Of a DNA stretch of 64,000 bases, positions 29,201-36,404 are shown in pieces. The translations under genes were made by a program, and so were the position numbers. Each line of letters opens with the position of its first letter. Position 1 is the first letter of the stretch. Source of the DNA: an uncultured Lachnospiraceae bacterium (GTDB lineage Bacteria > Bacillota > Clostridia > Lachnospirales > Lachnospiraceae); contig CACWGK010000003.1 of assembly GCA_902760415.1 (NCBI GenBank), positions 217 to 64,216 of the forward strand, read 5' to 3'. The notes below the pieces were generated by a model. That model had not been told where the DNA came from. It did no database searches and saw nothing but the letters and a program-made list of their open reading frames with translations.

Positions 29201-30150
29201 ATAAGAAGAAGGCGGCAGAATATGGTATGACTGTTGCGCAGGTATTCAGCACTGTATCAGCTAAGCTTGCTTCTACATCAGCAACTACCGCTATTGAGAC
29301 TGACCTTAAGGATTATGATGTATTTGTTGCTACTGATGAGCAGTCAGAGATTACTATAGATGACTTAAAGAAACTTAAGTTTGAATATACTGATAAGGAA
29401 GAAAATGAAACTAAAGAGATTCCTCTTTCTAAGATAGTTACATTCTCTGAGGCAGAGGAATTGTCACAGGTTCAGCGTGATAATCAGAACAGATACATCA
29501 GTGTATCAGGTTCACTTAAGGAAGGCTATAACATAGGTCTTGTAGGTAGAAAGGCTCAGGCAAATCTCGACAAGATTGGTGTACCAGAGGGTTACTCTAT
29601 AACTCTTGAAGGTGAGAATCAGACTATAAATGATGCGATGGAGCAGGTAATGCTTATGATGCTTCTGGCTGTAATCCTCATTTATCTGATAATGGTTGCA
29701 CAGTTCCAGAGTCTTAAGTCACCATTTATCATAATGTTTACTATACCTCTTGCCTTCACAGGTGGATTCCTGGCATTGTTCCTTACAGGAAAGGCGGTTT
29801 CAGTTATTGCTATGATAGGTTTCGTAATGCTGGCCGGTATCATCGTTAACAATGGTATCGTACTGGTTGACTATGTTAATCAGCTTAGACGTGAAGGAAA
29901 GGCTAAGAAGGATGCTATCATTGAGTCAGCTAAGACAAGACTTCGTCCTGTACTTATGACAGCTCTTACAACCATCATCTCCATGTCAACCATGGCGGTC
30001 GGTATGGGTAAGGGAACTGAGATATCACAGCCTATGGCTATCGTAGTAGTAGGTGGTATGGTCTACGGTACAATACTTACACTTATCCTGGTGCCATGTC
30101 TCTATGATGCATTCAACAAAGAACGCGACATGACAGAAGAAGAAATCTAA
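26293..30150 (+). CDS. RND-family efflux transporter permease (AcrB/SwrC-like) with a large insertion in loop 1
   Basis: 12-TM RND architecture with the conserved GIGMLVDNSIVVIENI and GIIVNNGIVLVDY motifs. It is 1285 aa, versus about 1050 for typical members. Confidence 0.9.
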   Translation: MISKFSVKRPYTVFVVVVAVIVVGIVALMRMTADLLPDMNLPYVVVITTDMGASPETVEKEVTAPIEASLATTSNLKNIQSMSYNSYSTVILEYEQSSNMDATMIEIQQSLDQIEGSFGDSIGTPMVMQLNPDMLPVMVAAANVSDMDSIELTDYIESDILPQLESIEGVASVSATGGVTETVQVTMNQDKIDKLNDKIMAEIDDQFQDAKDELQSSKEDIESGQSQVSSGKKTLANSVSENLATLESTQIELYQTEDELTEQKETYQDLYDTLGTTIETLNTTYDSACTLANGIESLSSVISLYDQGLLDDTTFAATAGMDINTAKASLATYTAQLDAVNAQIKENTASLADYDITVNTYEDLPTAVATLEAKRVEINTGIETINTAIEEVESGKTTTSEAIEALNKTGIEQSISLAETSATLSQGLTSIESAEDTLDETLESTKDAADLNNVLSIDVLNNLLKAQNFEMPAGYASGKNASDGQYLVKIGEDVTDAEELSKLILIDLNMDSVGVIRLEDVADVEQVDDSAEVYAKLNGSPGMLISFEKQTGYSTGDVTDVILDKFESLERTEDEDLHFSVLMNQGVYIDLIVKSILQNMLLGAGLAIIVLIIFLRDIRPTIIIACAIPLSVIFAIVLMYFTDISLNIISMSGLTLGIGMLVDNSIVVIENIYRLRKEGESIKKAAVYGASQVAGAITSSTMTTMCVFLPIVFTEGLTRQLFVDMGLTIAFTLTASLLVALTLVPAMAQGLLKNVKEKEEGTDGAFMRFYDKFLRAMLKFKPLVFLIMLLLLGASVALALSRGTEFMPEMQSDQINISMSAPKGEKRTFEEMTGYADELVDRLMEIPEIETLGAMIGNGTTMGALNMSVGDDVSIYVLLKEDTKITNSEIIDKINKAAEGIDCEVDASAEIMDMSMLTGSGISVMIKGRDMQVLQKLAQESADALAATDGIEEVDNGLDNMTKTFVITVDKKKAAEYGMTVAQVFSTVSAKLASTSATTAIETDLKDYDVFVATDEQSEITIDDLKKLKFEYTDKEENETKEIPLSKIVTFSEAEELSQVQRDNQNRYISVSGSLKEGYNIGLVGRKAQANLDKIGVPEGYSITLEGENQTINDAMEQVMLMMLLAVILIYLIMVAQFQSLKSPFIIMFTIPLAFTGGFLALFLTGKAVSVIAMIGFVMLAGIIVNNGIVLVDYVNQLRREGKAKKDAIIESAKTRLRPVLMTALTTIISMSTMAVGMGKGTEISQPMAIVVVGGMVYGTILTLILVPCLYDAFNKERDMTEEEI

Positions 30151-30162
30151 TTCACATATACG

Positions 30163-30245
30163 AATGAGTCACCTTCCACGTTCGACGTAAAAGGTGACTC
30201 ATTTTTGAGTCACTTTTACGTCGAACGTGCGGGGTGACTCATTTT
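30163..30245. repeat. Palindromic repeat element, inverted-dimer copy B
   Basis: AATGAGTCACCTTCCACGTTCGACGTAAAAGGTGACTCATTTTTGAGTCACTTTTACGTCGAACGTGCGGGGTGACTCATTTT, located 12 nt after the RND gene stop. Confidence 0.9.
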
Positions 30246-30339
30246 ATCTTGACAAGAAAAGTTGTGTTAGATACACTTATCTATTGTTTATGTGAAGAGT
30301 TCAAAGGAGTTTAAATATAGAAGAAATAGAGGAAGCAAT

Positions 30340-31215
30340 ATGGCTAAGAAGTTAGGAAGAAATGATGCATGTTGGTGTGGAAGTGGCAAGAAATATAAGG
30401 TGTGTCACGAAGCATTTGACCGCAAGATTGAAATGATCAAGAATCAGGGACATATAGTTCCTACACACAAGATGATCAAAACCCCAGAACAGATCGCACT
30501 CATTAAGGAGAGTGCAAAGGTTAATGTCGAATGTCTCGATGTAGTTGCAGACAAGATATGTGCCGGAATGAGCACAGAAGACATCAATCGTATAGTAAAT
30601 GAAGTATGTGAGAAGCATGGCGCAATCCCTGCTCCACTTAATTATGAAGGATTTCCAAAGAGCGTATGTACATCTATAAATGATGCTGTCTGCCACGGAA
30701 TCCCAAGTAAGGATGAGATACTTCAGGATGGCGACATCATTAATGTTGACTGTTCAACTATATTAAATGGATATTTCTCAGATTCATCTCGTATGTTCCT
30801 TATTGGAAATGTATCTGATGAGAATAAGAAACTTGTAGAAACAGTTCGTGAGAGTATATACCTTGGTCTTGAAGAAGTTAAACCTTGGAACTTCCTTGGA
30901 GATATGGGAGAGGTTGTCCATGAACACTGTAAGGCAGCTGGTTATAGCGTGGTTCGTGAGATTGGTGGACACGGTGTAGGTATCGAGTTCCACGAAGATC
31001 CATGGGTAAGCTATGTAACTAAGCGTGGAACAGAGATGCTGATGGTTCCTGGTATGATGTTCACTATCGAACCTATGGTAAACATTGGGGGACCTGAAGT
31101 ATTTGTAGATTCCGAAAATGACTGGACAGTATACACAGAGGATGGTTCTATGTCAGCTCAGTGGGAGATTCAGGTTCTTGTAACAGAAGAAGGCCACGAA
31201 ATCATTTCATGGTAG
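30340..31215 (+). CDS. map: Type I methionine aminopeptidase with N-terminal SEC-C zinc motif
   Basis: SEC-C motif CWCGSGKKYKVCH. MetAP core residues appear in DGDIINVDCS, GHGVG and EPMV contexts. A GAGGAAG RBS precedes ATG 30340; the track ORF starts at GTG 30292. Confidence 0.9.
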   Translation: MAKKLGRNDACWCGSGKKYKVCHEAFDRKIEMIKNQGHIVPTHKMIKTPEQIALIKESAKVNVECLDVVADKICAGMSTEDINRIVNEVCEKHGAIPAPLNYEGFPKSVCTSINDAVCHGIPSKDEILQDGDIINVDCSTILNGYFSDSSRMFLIGNVSDENKKLVETVRESIYLGLEEVKPWNFLGDMGEVVHEHCKAAGYSVVREIGGHGVGIEFHEDPWVSYVTKRGTEMLMVPGMMFTIEPMVNIGGPEVFVDSENDWTVYTEDGSMSAQWEIQVLVTEEGHEIISW

Positions 31216-31242
31216 TAGTTTTATATAAAAGAGGAAGTAATT

Positions 31243-32547
31243 ATGAAGACACCATTTGTAACAAAGGAACAGATAGATGAGATAGTGAAGACATATCATA
31301 CACCATTTCACATCTACGATGAAAAAGGAATCAGAGAGAATGCCCGCGCTATGAATGCTGCATTCTCATGGAATAAGGGATTCAAGGAGTATTTTGCAGT
31401 AAAGGCAACTCCAAATCCTACTATATTAAAGATACTTCACGAGGAAGGCTGCGGAATGGACTGCTCATCACTTGCTGAGCTTGTTCTGTCCGAGAGAACT
31501 GGAGTAAAGGGATATGATATCATGTTCTCTTCAAATGAGACTCCAGCCGAAGAATATATAAAGTGCGCTGAACTCGGTGGTATCATTAACTTAGATGACA
31601 TTACACATATCGACTTTGTTGTGAAGGCGCTGGAAGGAAAGCTTACAGGCGATGAGGCAGGAAGAAAGCTTCCTAAGCGTATGTCTTGTAGATTTAACCC
31701 AGGTGGTGTCTTTAAGCTTGGCGAAAGTGGCGAGGCTGTTCAGGTAATGGATAATCCTGGCGATGCTAAGTATGGTATGACAAAAGATCAGATCATTGAG
31801 GCATATAAGAGACTTAAGGAACTTGGCGTAGAGGAACTTGGTATTCACAGCTTCCTTGCAAGTAATACACTTTCAAATGATTATTATCCAGCTCTTGCAA
31901 AGATTCTTTTCGAGCTGGCTGTAGAAATCAAGGAGAAGACAGGTATATCACTTAGCTTCATTAATCTGTCAGGTGGTGTTGGAATAGCTTATCATCCAGA
32001 TGCTCCTTCAAATGATATCGCAGTAATAGGTGAAGGCGTGCATAAGGTATTCGACGAAGTGCTTGTACCAGCAGGATTAGGAGATGTATCCATTTTCACA
32101 GAGCTTGGAAGATTCATGCTAGCGCCATATGGCCACCTTATAACAACAGCAATACATGAGAAGCATACATATAAAGAGTACATCGGAGTAGATGCATGTG
32201 CAGCTAACCTTATGAGACCGGCTATGTACGGTTCATATCATCACATTACAGTACTTGGTAAGGAAGACGCGCCTGCAACTGAGACATACGATGTAGTTGG
32301 TTCACTTTGTGAGAACAATGATAAGTTTGCTATAGATAGAAAGCTTCCAAAGATCGATATGGGAGATTATATCTGTATTCATGATACAGGAGCACACGGC
32401 TTTGCTATGGGTTATAACTATAACGGCCGCCTCTGGTCAGCAGAGCTCCTTCTTCGTGAAGATAACTCTGTAGTATGTATCAGACGTCCTGAAACACTTG
32501 ATGATTACTTTGCTACACTAGATAATTACTGGGATATCGAACTATAA
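31243..32547 (+). CDS. Diaminopimelate decarboxylase family enzyme (fold-type III PLP decarboxylase)
   Basis: PLP-Lys context YFAVKATPNP, the Gly-rich loop LSGGVGI and the C-terminal CENNDKF motif of the Orn/DAP/Arg decarboxylase family. The exact substrate cannot be determined from the sequence alone. Confidence 0.7.
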   Translation: MKTPFVTKEQIDEIVKTYHTPFHIYDEKGIRENARAMNAAFSWNKGFKEYFAVKATPNPTILKILHEEGCGMDCSSLAELVLSERTGVKGYDIMFSSNETPAEEYIKCAELGGIINLDDITHIDFVVKALEGKLTGDEAGRKLPKRMSCRFNPGGVFKLGESGEAVQVMDNPGDAKYGMTKDQIIEAYKRLKELGVEELGIHSFLASNTLSNDYYPALAKILFELAVEIKEKTGISLSFINLSGGVGIAYHPDAPSNDIAVIGEGVHKVFDEVLVPAGLGDVSIFTELGRFMLAPYGHLITTAIHEKHTYKEYIGVDACAANLMRPAMYGSYHHITVLGKEDAPATETYDVVGSLCENNDKFAIDRKLPKIDMGDYICIHDTGAHGFAMGYNYNGRLWSAELLLREDNSVVCIRRPETLDDYFATLDNYWDIEL

Positions 32548-32583
32548 GACAAACCGCATTTGCTATGCGAGAGGATTTATAAG

Positions 32584-33189
32584 ATGAAAATGGGTGCTGC
32601 CATAATAACACTTTGTGTTGCGATAGCGACATTTATACTTCAAGAAGGATTAACCAATATCATTCACGGCATTATATTCCGTCTCTTTTCGCATGTAGAT
32701 AAAGGCGACAGAATAGAGCTTCTGGTTGATGGCATAACCTACACTGGTTATCTGGAGAAGGTCACACTTCGTCACGCGGTCATCAAAGAGTTTTCGACAA
32801 ATGCACATATTATAGTTCCTAATTCTAAGATAGATTGTTCTCTTATAAAAAATGCAGATATCGGCCATGAACAGCTTAATCGTTATATAGTAGAGCTGCC
32901 TGTGAGTTACCGTGATGCTGAAAATCCAGAGACTGCTGAAATCATCAAGCGGGAGATTAAGGGAGTTATAAGAGACTGTCCACTTACTACGGATAATGAG
33001 TTCAAAGTATTTATAAACTTTAAAGAATCCTTCGTCAGTTATTCATTTTTCATCAGAACACAGACAGTCGAGGAAAACTTCGAAGCCTGCTCCTGGGTTA
33101 GAGAAGTAACTATGCAGAGACTGGCTGAGAAGGGTATTCATATTCCATATAGCGTACTTGATGTAAAGCTAAATGAGGAAAAACTATGA
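32584..33189 (+). CDS. Small MscS-like (mechanosensitive channel beta-domain) membrane protein
   Basis: One N-terminal TM helix followed by GDRIELLVDGITYTGYLEKVTLRHAVIKEFSTNAHIIVPNSKI, which resembles the MscS beta-domain. GAGAGGA RBS lies 8 nt before ATG 32584. Confidence 0.5.
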   Translation: MKMGAAIITLCVAIATFILQEGLTNIIHGIIFRLFSHVDKGDRIELLVDGITYTGYLEKVTLRHAVIKEFSTNAHIIVPNSKIDCSLIKNADIGHEQLNRYIVELPVSYRDAENPETAEIIKREIKGVIRDCPLTTDNEFKVFINFKESFVSYSFFIRTQTVEENFEACSWVREVTMQRLAEKGIHIPYSVLDVKLNEEKL

Positions 33190-33746
33190 AGAAGATATGC
33201 GTCCTATTTCCAGGAATGGGTTACACAACTCAGAAGCCTTTACTATATTACAGCGGTAAACTCGCGCTTAGTAAGGATTACGAGCTTGTACAGATAACAT
33301 ATGACAATATGCCTCCTAAGGTTATAAGAGATCCAGAAGTAATGAGGCAGGCATATGAGGCGGCACTGGACTCTGCAAAGAGACAACTTGAAGATATTCG
33401 TTGGGACGAATACAGCGATATCTTGATTGTGGGTAAAAGCGTAGGCACAGCAGTTGCTGCAAGCTTCGCGGATACATACATATTTTCGAAAGGCCTAAAT
33501 GCAAAACTTGTCTATCTTACGCCAGTCGCTGAAACATATAAGTTTGTAAAAGAATCGGTTGGCATAGCATTTCATGGAAATGATGATCCATGGGCAGATA
33601 CAGACGAAGTGATCCGATTATCTGAGCAGAATCAGATACCGCTTCACATCTACGAAGGTGCAAATCATTCGCTGGAGACAGGAGATGTGGAGACAGACCT
33701 TAGAACCCTTCAGGATGTGATGGGATATATAGCAAGTTATATATAA
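33186..33746 (+). CDS. Alpha/beta hydrolase fold protein
   Basis: Nucleophile elbow VGKSVGT (G-x-S-x-G) and a C-terminal GANHSLE His motif. The start overlaps the upstream stop (ATGA). Confidence 0.65.
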   Translation: MKKICVLFPGMGYTTQKPLLYYSGKLALSKDYELVQITYDNMPPKVIRDPEVMRQAYEAALDSAKRQLEDIRWDEYSDILIVGKSVGTAVAASFADTYIFSKGLNAKLVYLTPVAETYKFVKESVGIAFHGNDDPWADTDEVIRLSEQNQIPLHIYEGANHSLETGDVETDLRTLQDVMGYIASYI

Positions 33747-33758
33747 TAAGCCCTTTAG

Positions 33759-33795
33759 GACAGTGCTCTATAGCGTATAGAGGCTGTCTTTTTTG
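33759..33795 (+). terminator. Rho-independent terminator
   Basis: Stem GACAGtgCTCTATA / TATAGAGgCTGTC with a small internal loop, followed by TTTTTT. Confidence 0.7.
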
Positions 33796-33960
33796 ATACT
33801 CGTGGATGCAAGTTTGATGCTTTGACGATGCTGAAGCTATGCTGAAGATATGCTCATGAGATGACTTGTTCCTCTAAAATGAACCCATGCTAGGAATAAA
33901 AGACTAAAGTTTTTTAGACAAAGCGAAGAGCAGGTGTTTATTTAAAAGGGGAATAAAAAT

Positions 33961-34779
33961 ATGGGAAATGATAAAGAAACAAAGAATAAAAATACGAAAA
34001 ATAAAGGAAGACTAAGCGCAGCTATCCGAACACTACTAGCAGGAATCGGCGGTGTACTTTTCGGTCTCTTCTGCAATCCATACTTTGGAGGAATCATAAA
34101 TATAGGAAACATCACAGGAATGTTCATTTCAGTTGCTGTGATAATGTATGCGGTATTTTTCGAACCTATAAATGGCTGGATCAAGAAGCAGACAGAGAAA
34201 AAGGCAGGTCGAGTTATAATGACAGGAGTTTTCCTGACAGGATGCAGCGCACTTGTAGTTGGAGTAGTAATCTCTATATTGATGTTCTCTGCAACGCTCA
34301 AGAGTAGTCAGGGAAATGAAGTACTCATAGTTCTAGGTTGTAAAGTAAATGGTGAGGAACCAAGCAAAATGCTTGAAGAAAGACTTGTTGTTGCTAAGGA
34401 ATATCTTGAGTCGCACGAAGATGCAGTATGTATAGTGTCAGGTGGCCAGGGCTCAGATGAAGAGATATCAGAAGCAGATTGTATGTACAACTGGCTTGTG
34501 TCACAGGGAATCGATGCAGATAGAATCTACAAGGAAGATAAGTCTACATCAACACTTGAAAATATAAAGCTTTCAACAGAAATCTTAGAGCGAGAGAATC
34601 TGGGAAATAATGTAGCAATTGCTACAAATGAGTTCCATATCTTCCGCGCTGGACAGGTAGCTGAGAAAAATGGTCTATCCTACAGTGCAGTACCAGCGAA
34701 GACAGATTGGTGGCTCTACCCAACATATTCGGTACGAGAAATATATGGTGTCCTAGCAACAACATTCTTCGCATCATAA
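33961..34779 (+). CDS. YdcF/DUF218 (ElyC/SanA-like) family membrane protein
   Basis: N-terminal TM helices, then the DUF218 core LIVLGCKVNGEEPSKMLEERL...IVSGGQG...SEADCM...STSTLENI. Confidence 0.75.
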   Translation: MGNDKETKNKNTKNKGRLSAAIRTLLAGIGGVLFGLFCNPYFGGIINIGNITGMFISVAVIMYAVFFEPINGWIKKQTEKKAGRVIMTGVFLTGCSALVVGVVISILMFSATLKSSQGNEVLIVLGCKVNGEEPSKMLEERLVVAKEYLESHEDAVCIVSGGQGSDEEISEADCMYNWLVSQGIDADRIYKEDKSTSTLENIKLSTEILERENLGNNVAIATNEFHIFRAGQVAEKNGLSYSAVPAKTDWWLYPTYSVREIYGVLATTFFAS

Positions 34780-34804
34780 CAAAACATTCTTCGCATCATA
34801 ACAA
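34761..34804. repeat. Perfect 22-bp tandem duplication spanning the stop codon of the DUF218 gene
   Basis: ACATTCTTCGCATCATAACAAA occurs twice head-to-tail (34761-34782 and 34783-34804). Confidence 0.95.
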
Positions 34805-34809
34805 AAACG

Positions 34810-34838
34810 CTTGACTTTAATGGGCTTAGTTACTATAA
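34810..34838 (+). promoter_or_regulatory. Consensus sigma-A promoter of the pheST leader
   Basis: TTGACT (34810-34815), a 17-nt spacer, then TATAAT (34833-34838). Confidence 0.7.
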
Positions 34839-34844
34839 TCCAAG

Positions 34845-35107
34845 GGTATTAACGAACAGAATACCGAATTAGAAGACTATGATGGTGCATAAAGCTCCTA
34901 TCTTCACTTACAGAGAGACGAGGTCATCGGCTGGAAGCCTTGTTAAGATTGATATAGAAGTTATCTTCACACTGGAGTCTTAGATAAATGAGAGTTATAT
35001 TCGACTTAGTAGTAATATACTACTATCTAGGGTTGAGTGTAGAAGACGGGTGGTACCGCGGTTAGATAATCGTCCCGGGTGTAAGTGAAAACTTGCACCC
35101 GGTTTTC
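34845..35107 (+). promoter_or_regulatory. T-box riboswitch leader (Phe specifier) controlling pheS-pheT
   Basis: AGAGA bulge motif, distal loop GGCTGGAAGCC, candidate specifier TTC-A at 34966-34969, T-box sequence ACGGGTGGTACCGCG at 35046-35060, and terminator CCGGGTGTAAGT-GAAA-ACTTGCACCCGG + TTTT at 35075-35106. Confidence 0.85.
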
Positions 35108-35184
35108 TTATGATTAATGTTTTTTTGCAAGATTGAATATAAATCAATCGTGCAAGCTTGCAGTTTATTAGGAGGATGATAAGA

Positions 35185-36360
35185 ATGAAGGAAATGCTTG
35201 AAAAGATCAAGGAACAGGCAGAAAAACAGATAGCTGCTGCAACATCTCCTGAAGCACTTGATGAGATAAAAGTATCAGTGCTTGGTAAAAAGGGAGAACT
35301 TACACAAATCCTTAAGGGCATGAAGGATGTTGCTCCAGAAGATCGACCAAAGGTAGGTCAGATGGTTAACTCTGTAAGAGATGTTCTTGAAGAGAAACTC
35401 GCAGAGCAGAAGAAAGCACTCAAGTCCAAGGTGATCGAGAAAAAGATGGAGACAGAGTGGTTAGATGTCACACGTCCAGGAACAAGAACAGCAAGAGGAC
35501 ATAAGCATCCTAACCAGATAGCTCTAGAAGATCTTGAGAAAGTATTCATCGGTATGGGTTACGAAGTTGTAGAAGGTCCAGAGATAGAGTACGACCGCAT
35601 GAACTTCAAGCTCCTCAACATCCCAGAAGACCATCCTGCAAAAGATGAGCAGGATACCTTCTATATAAAGAGGCACGACGCTGATAAGGGAGAGACAACC
35701 GAAGATGATATCGTGCTTCGTACACAGACATCATCAGTACAGGCCAGAGTAATGCTTGCAGCTGGAAAATTTAAGGAGACTTCAAAAGGTTTCCCAGAGA
35801 GAAAACTTCCAATCAAGCTTATATCTCCAGGACGCGTATTTCGTTCAGACGAAGTAGATGCAACCCATAGCCCATCCTTCCATCAGGTAGAAGGACTGGT
35901 TATCGGAGAAAATGTAACTATGGCAGACCTTAAGGGAACACTTGATCAGTTCGCAAAAGAGTTCTTCGGCCCAGATACAAAGACAAAGCTTCGTCCGCAT
36001 CACTTCCCATTTACTGAACCATCTGCAGAAGTAGATGTAACCTGTTTCAAATGTCACGGAACCGGTCGTGTAAAGAAGATAGAAGAAGTAAAAGAAGGTG
36101 GAAAGCTAGTTCGTAAAGAAGTAGACTGCGCATGTACATCCTGCAAGAGTTCAGGATGGATTGAGATTCTTGGATGCGGTATGGTACATCCAGATGTACT
36201 CGAAATGTGTGGAATCAACGACAAGAACGATCCAGATGCACCAGTATATACAGGATTCGCATTCGGTATCGGACTTGAGAGAGTAGCTCTTCTCAAGTAT
36301 GAGATAGCAGATATGCGTCTCCTCTACGAGAATGACATCCGCTTCCTCGAGCAGTTCTAA
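35185..36360 (+). CDS. pheS: Phenylalanine--tRNA ligase alpha subunit
   Basis: Class II motifs (FRSDEVDATHSPSFHQVEG, FPFTEPSAEVDV, GFAFGIGLERVALLKY). GGAGG RBS lies 9 nt before ATG 35185; the track ORF starts at 35158. Confidence 0.95.
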   Translation: MKEMLEKIKEQAEKQIAAATSPEALDEIKVSVLGKKGELTQILKGMKDVAPEDRPKVGQMVNSVRDVLEEKLAEQKKALKSKVIEKKMETEWLDVTRPGTRTARGHKHPNQIALEDLEKVFIGMGYEVVEGPEIEYDRMNFKLLNIPEDHPAKDEQDTFYIKRHDADKGETTEDDIVLRTQTSSVQARVMLAAGKFKETSKGFPERKLPIKLISPGRVFRSDEVDATHSPSFHQVEGLVIGENVTMADLKGTLDQFAKEFFGPDTKTKLRPHHFPFTEPSAEVDVTCFKCHGTGRVKKIEEVKEGGKLVRKEVDCACTSCKSSGWIEILGCGMVHPDVLEMCGINDKNDPDAPVYTGFAFGIGLERVALLKYEIADMRLLYENDIRFLEQF

Positions 36361-36404
36361 TAAATACGCGATATATACTACATAGTAGATAAAGGAGAAA
36401 TGAT

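Noticed and set aside
31216-31242. Looked for a lysine riboswitch or other leader upstream of the DAP-decarboxylase-family gene.
   Set aside because: Only 27 nt separate it from map, so there is no room for a riboswitch. The gene is probably co-transcribed with map.
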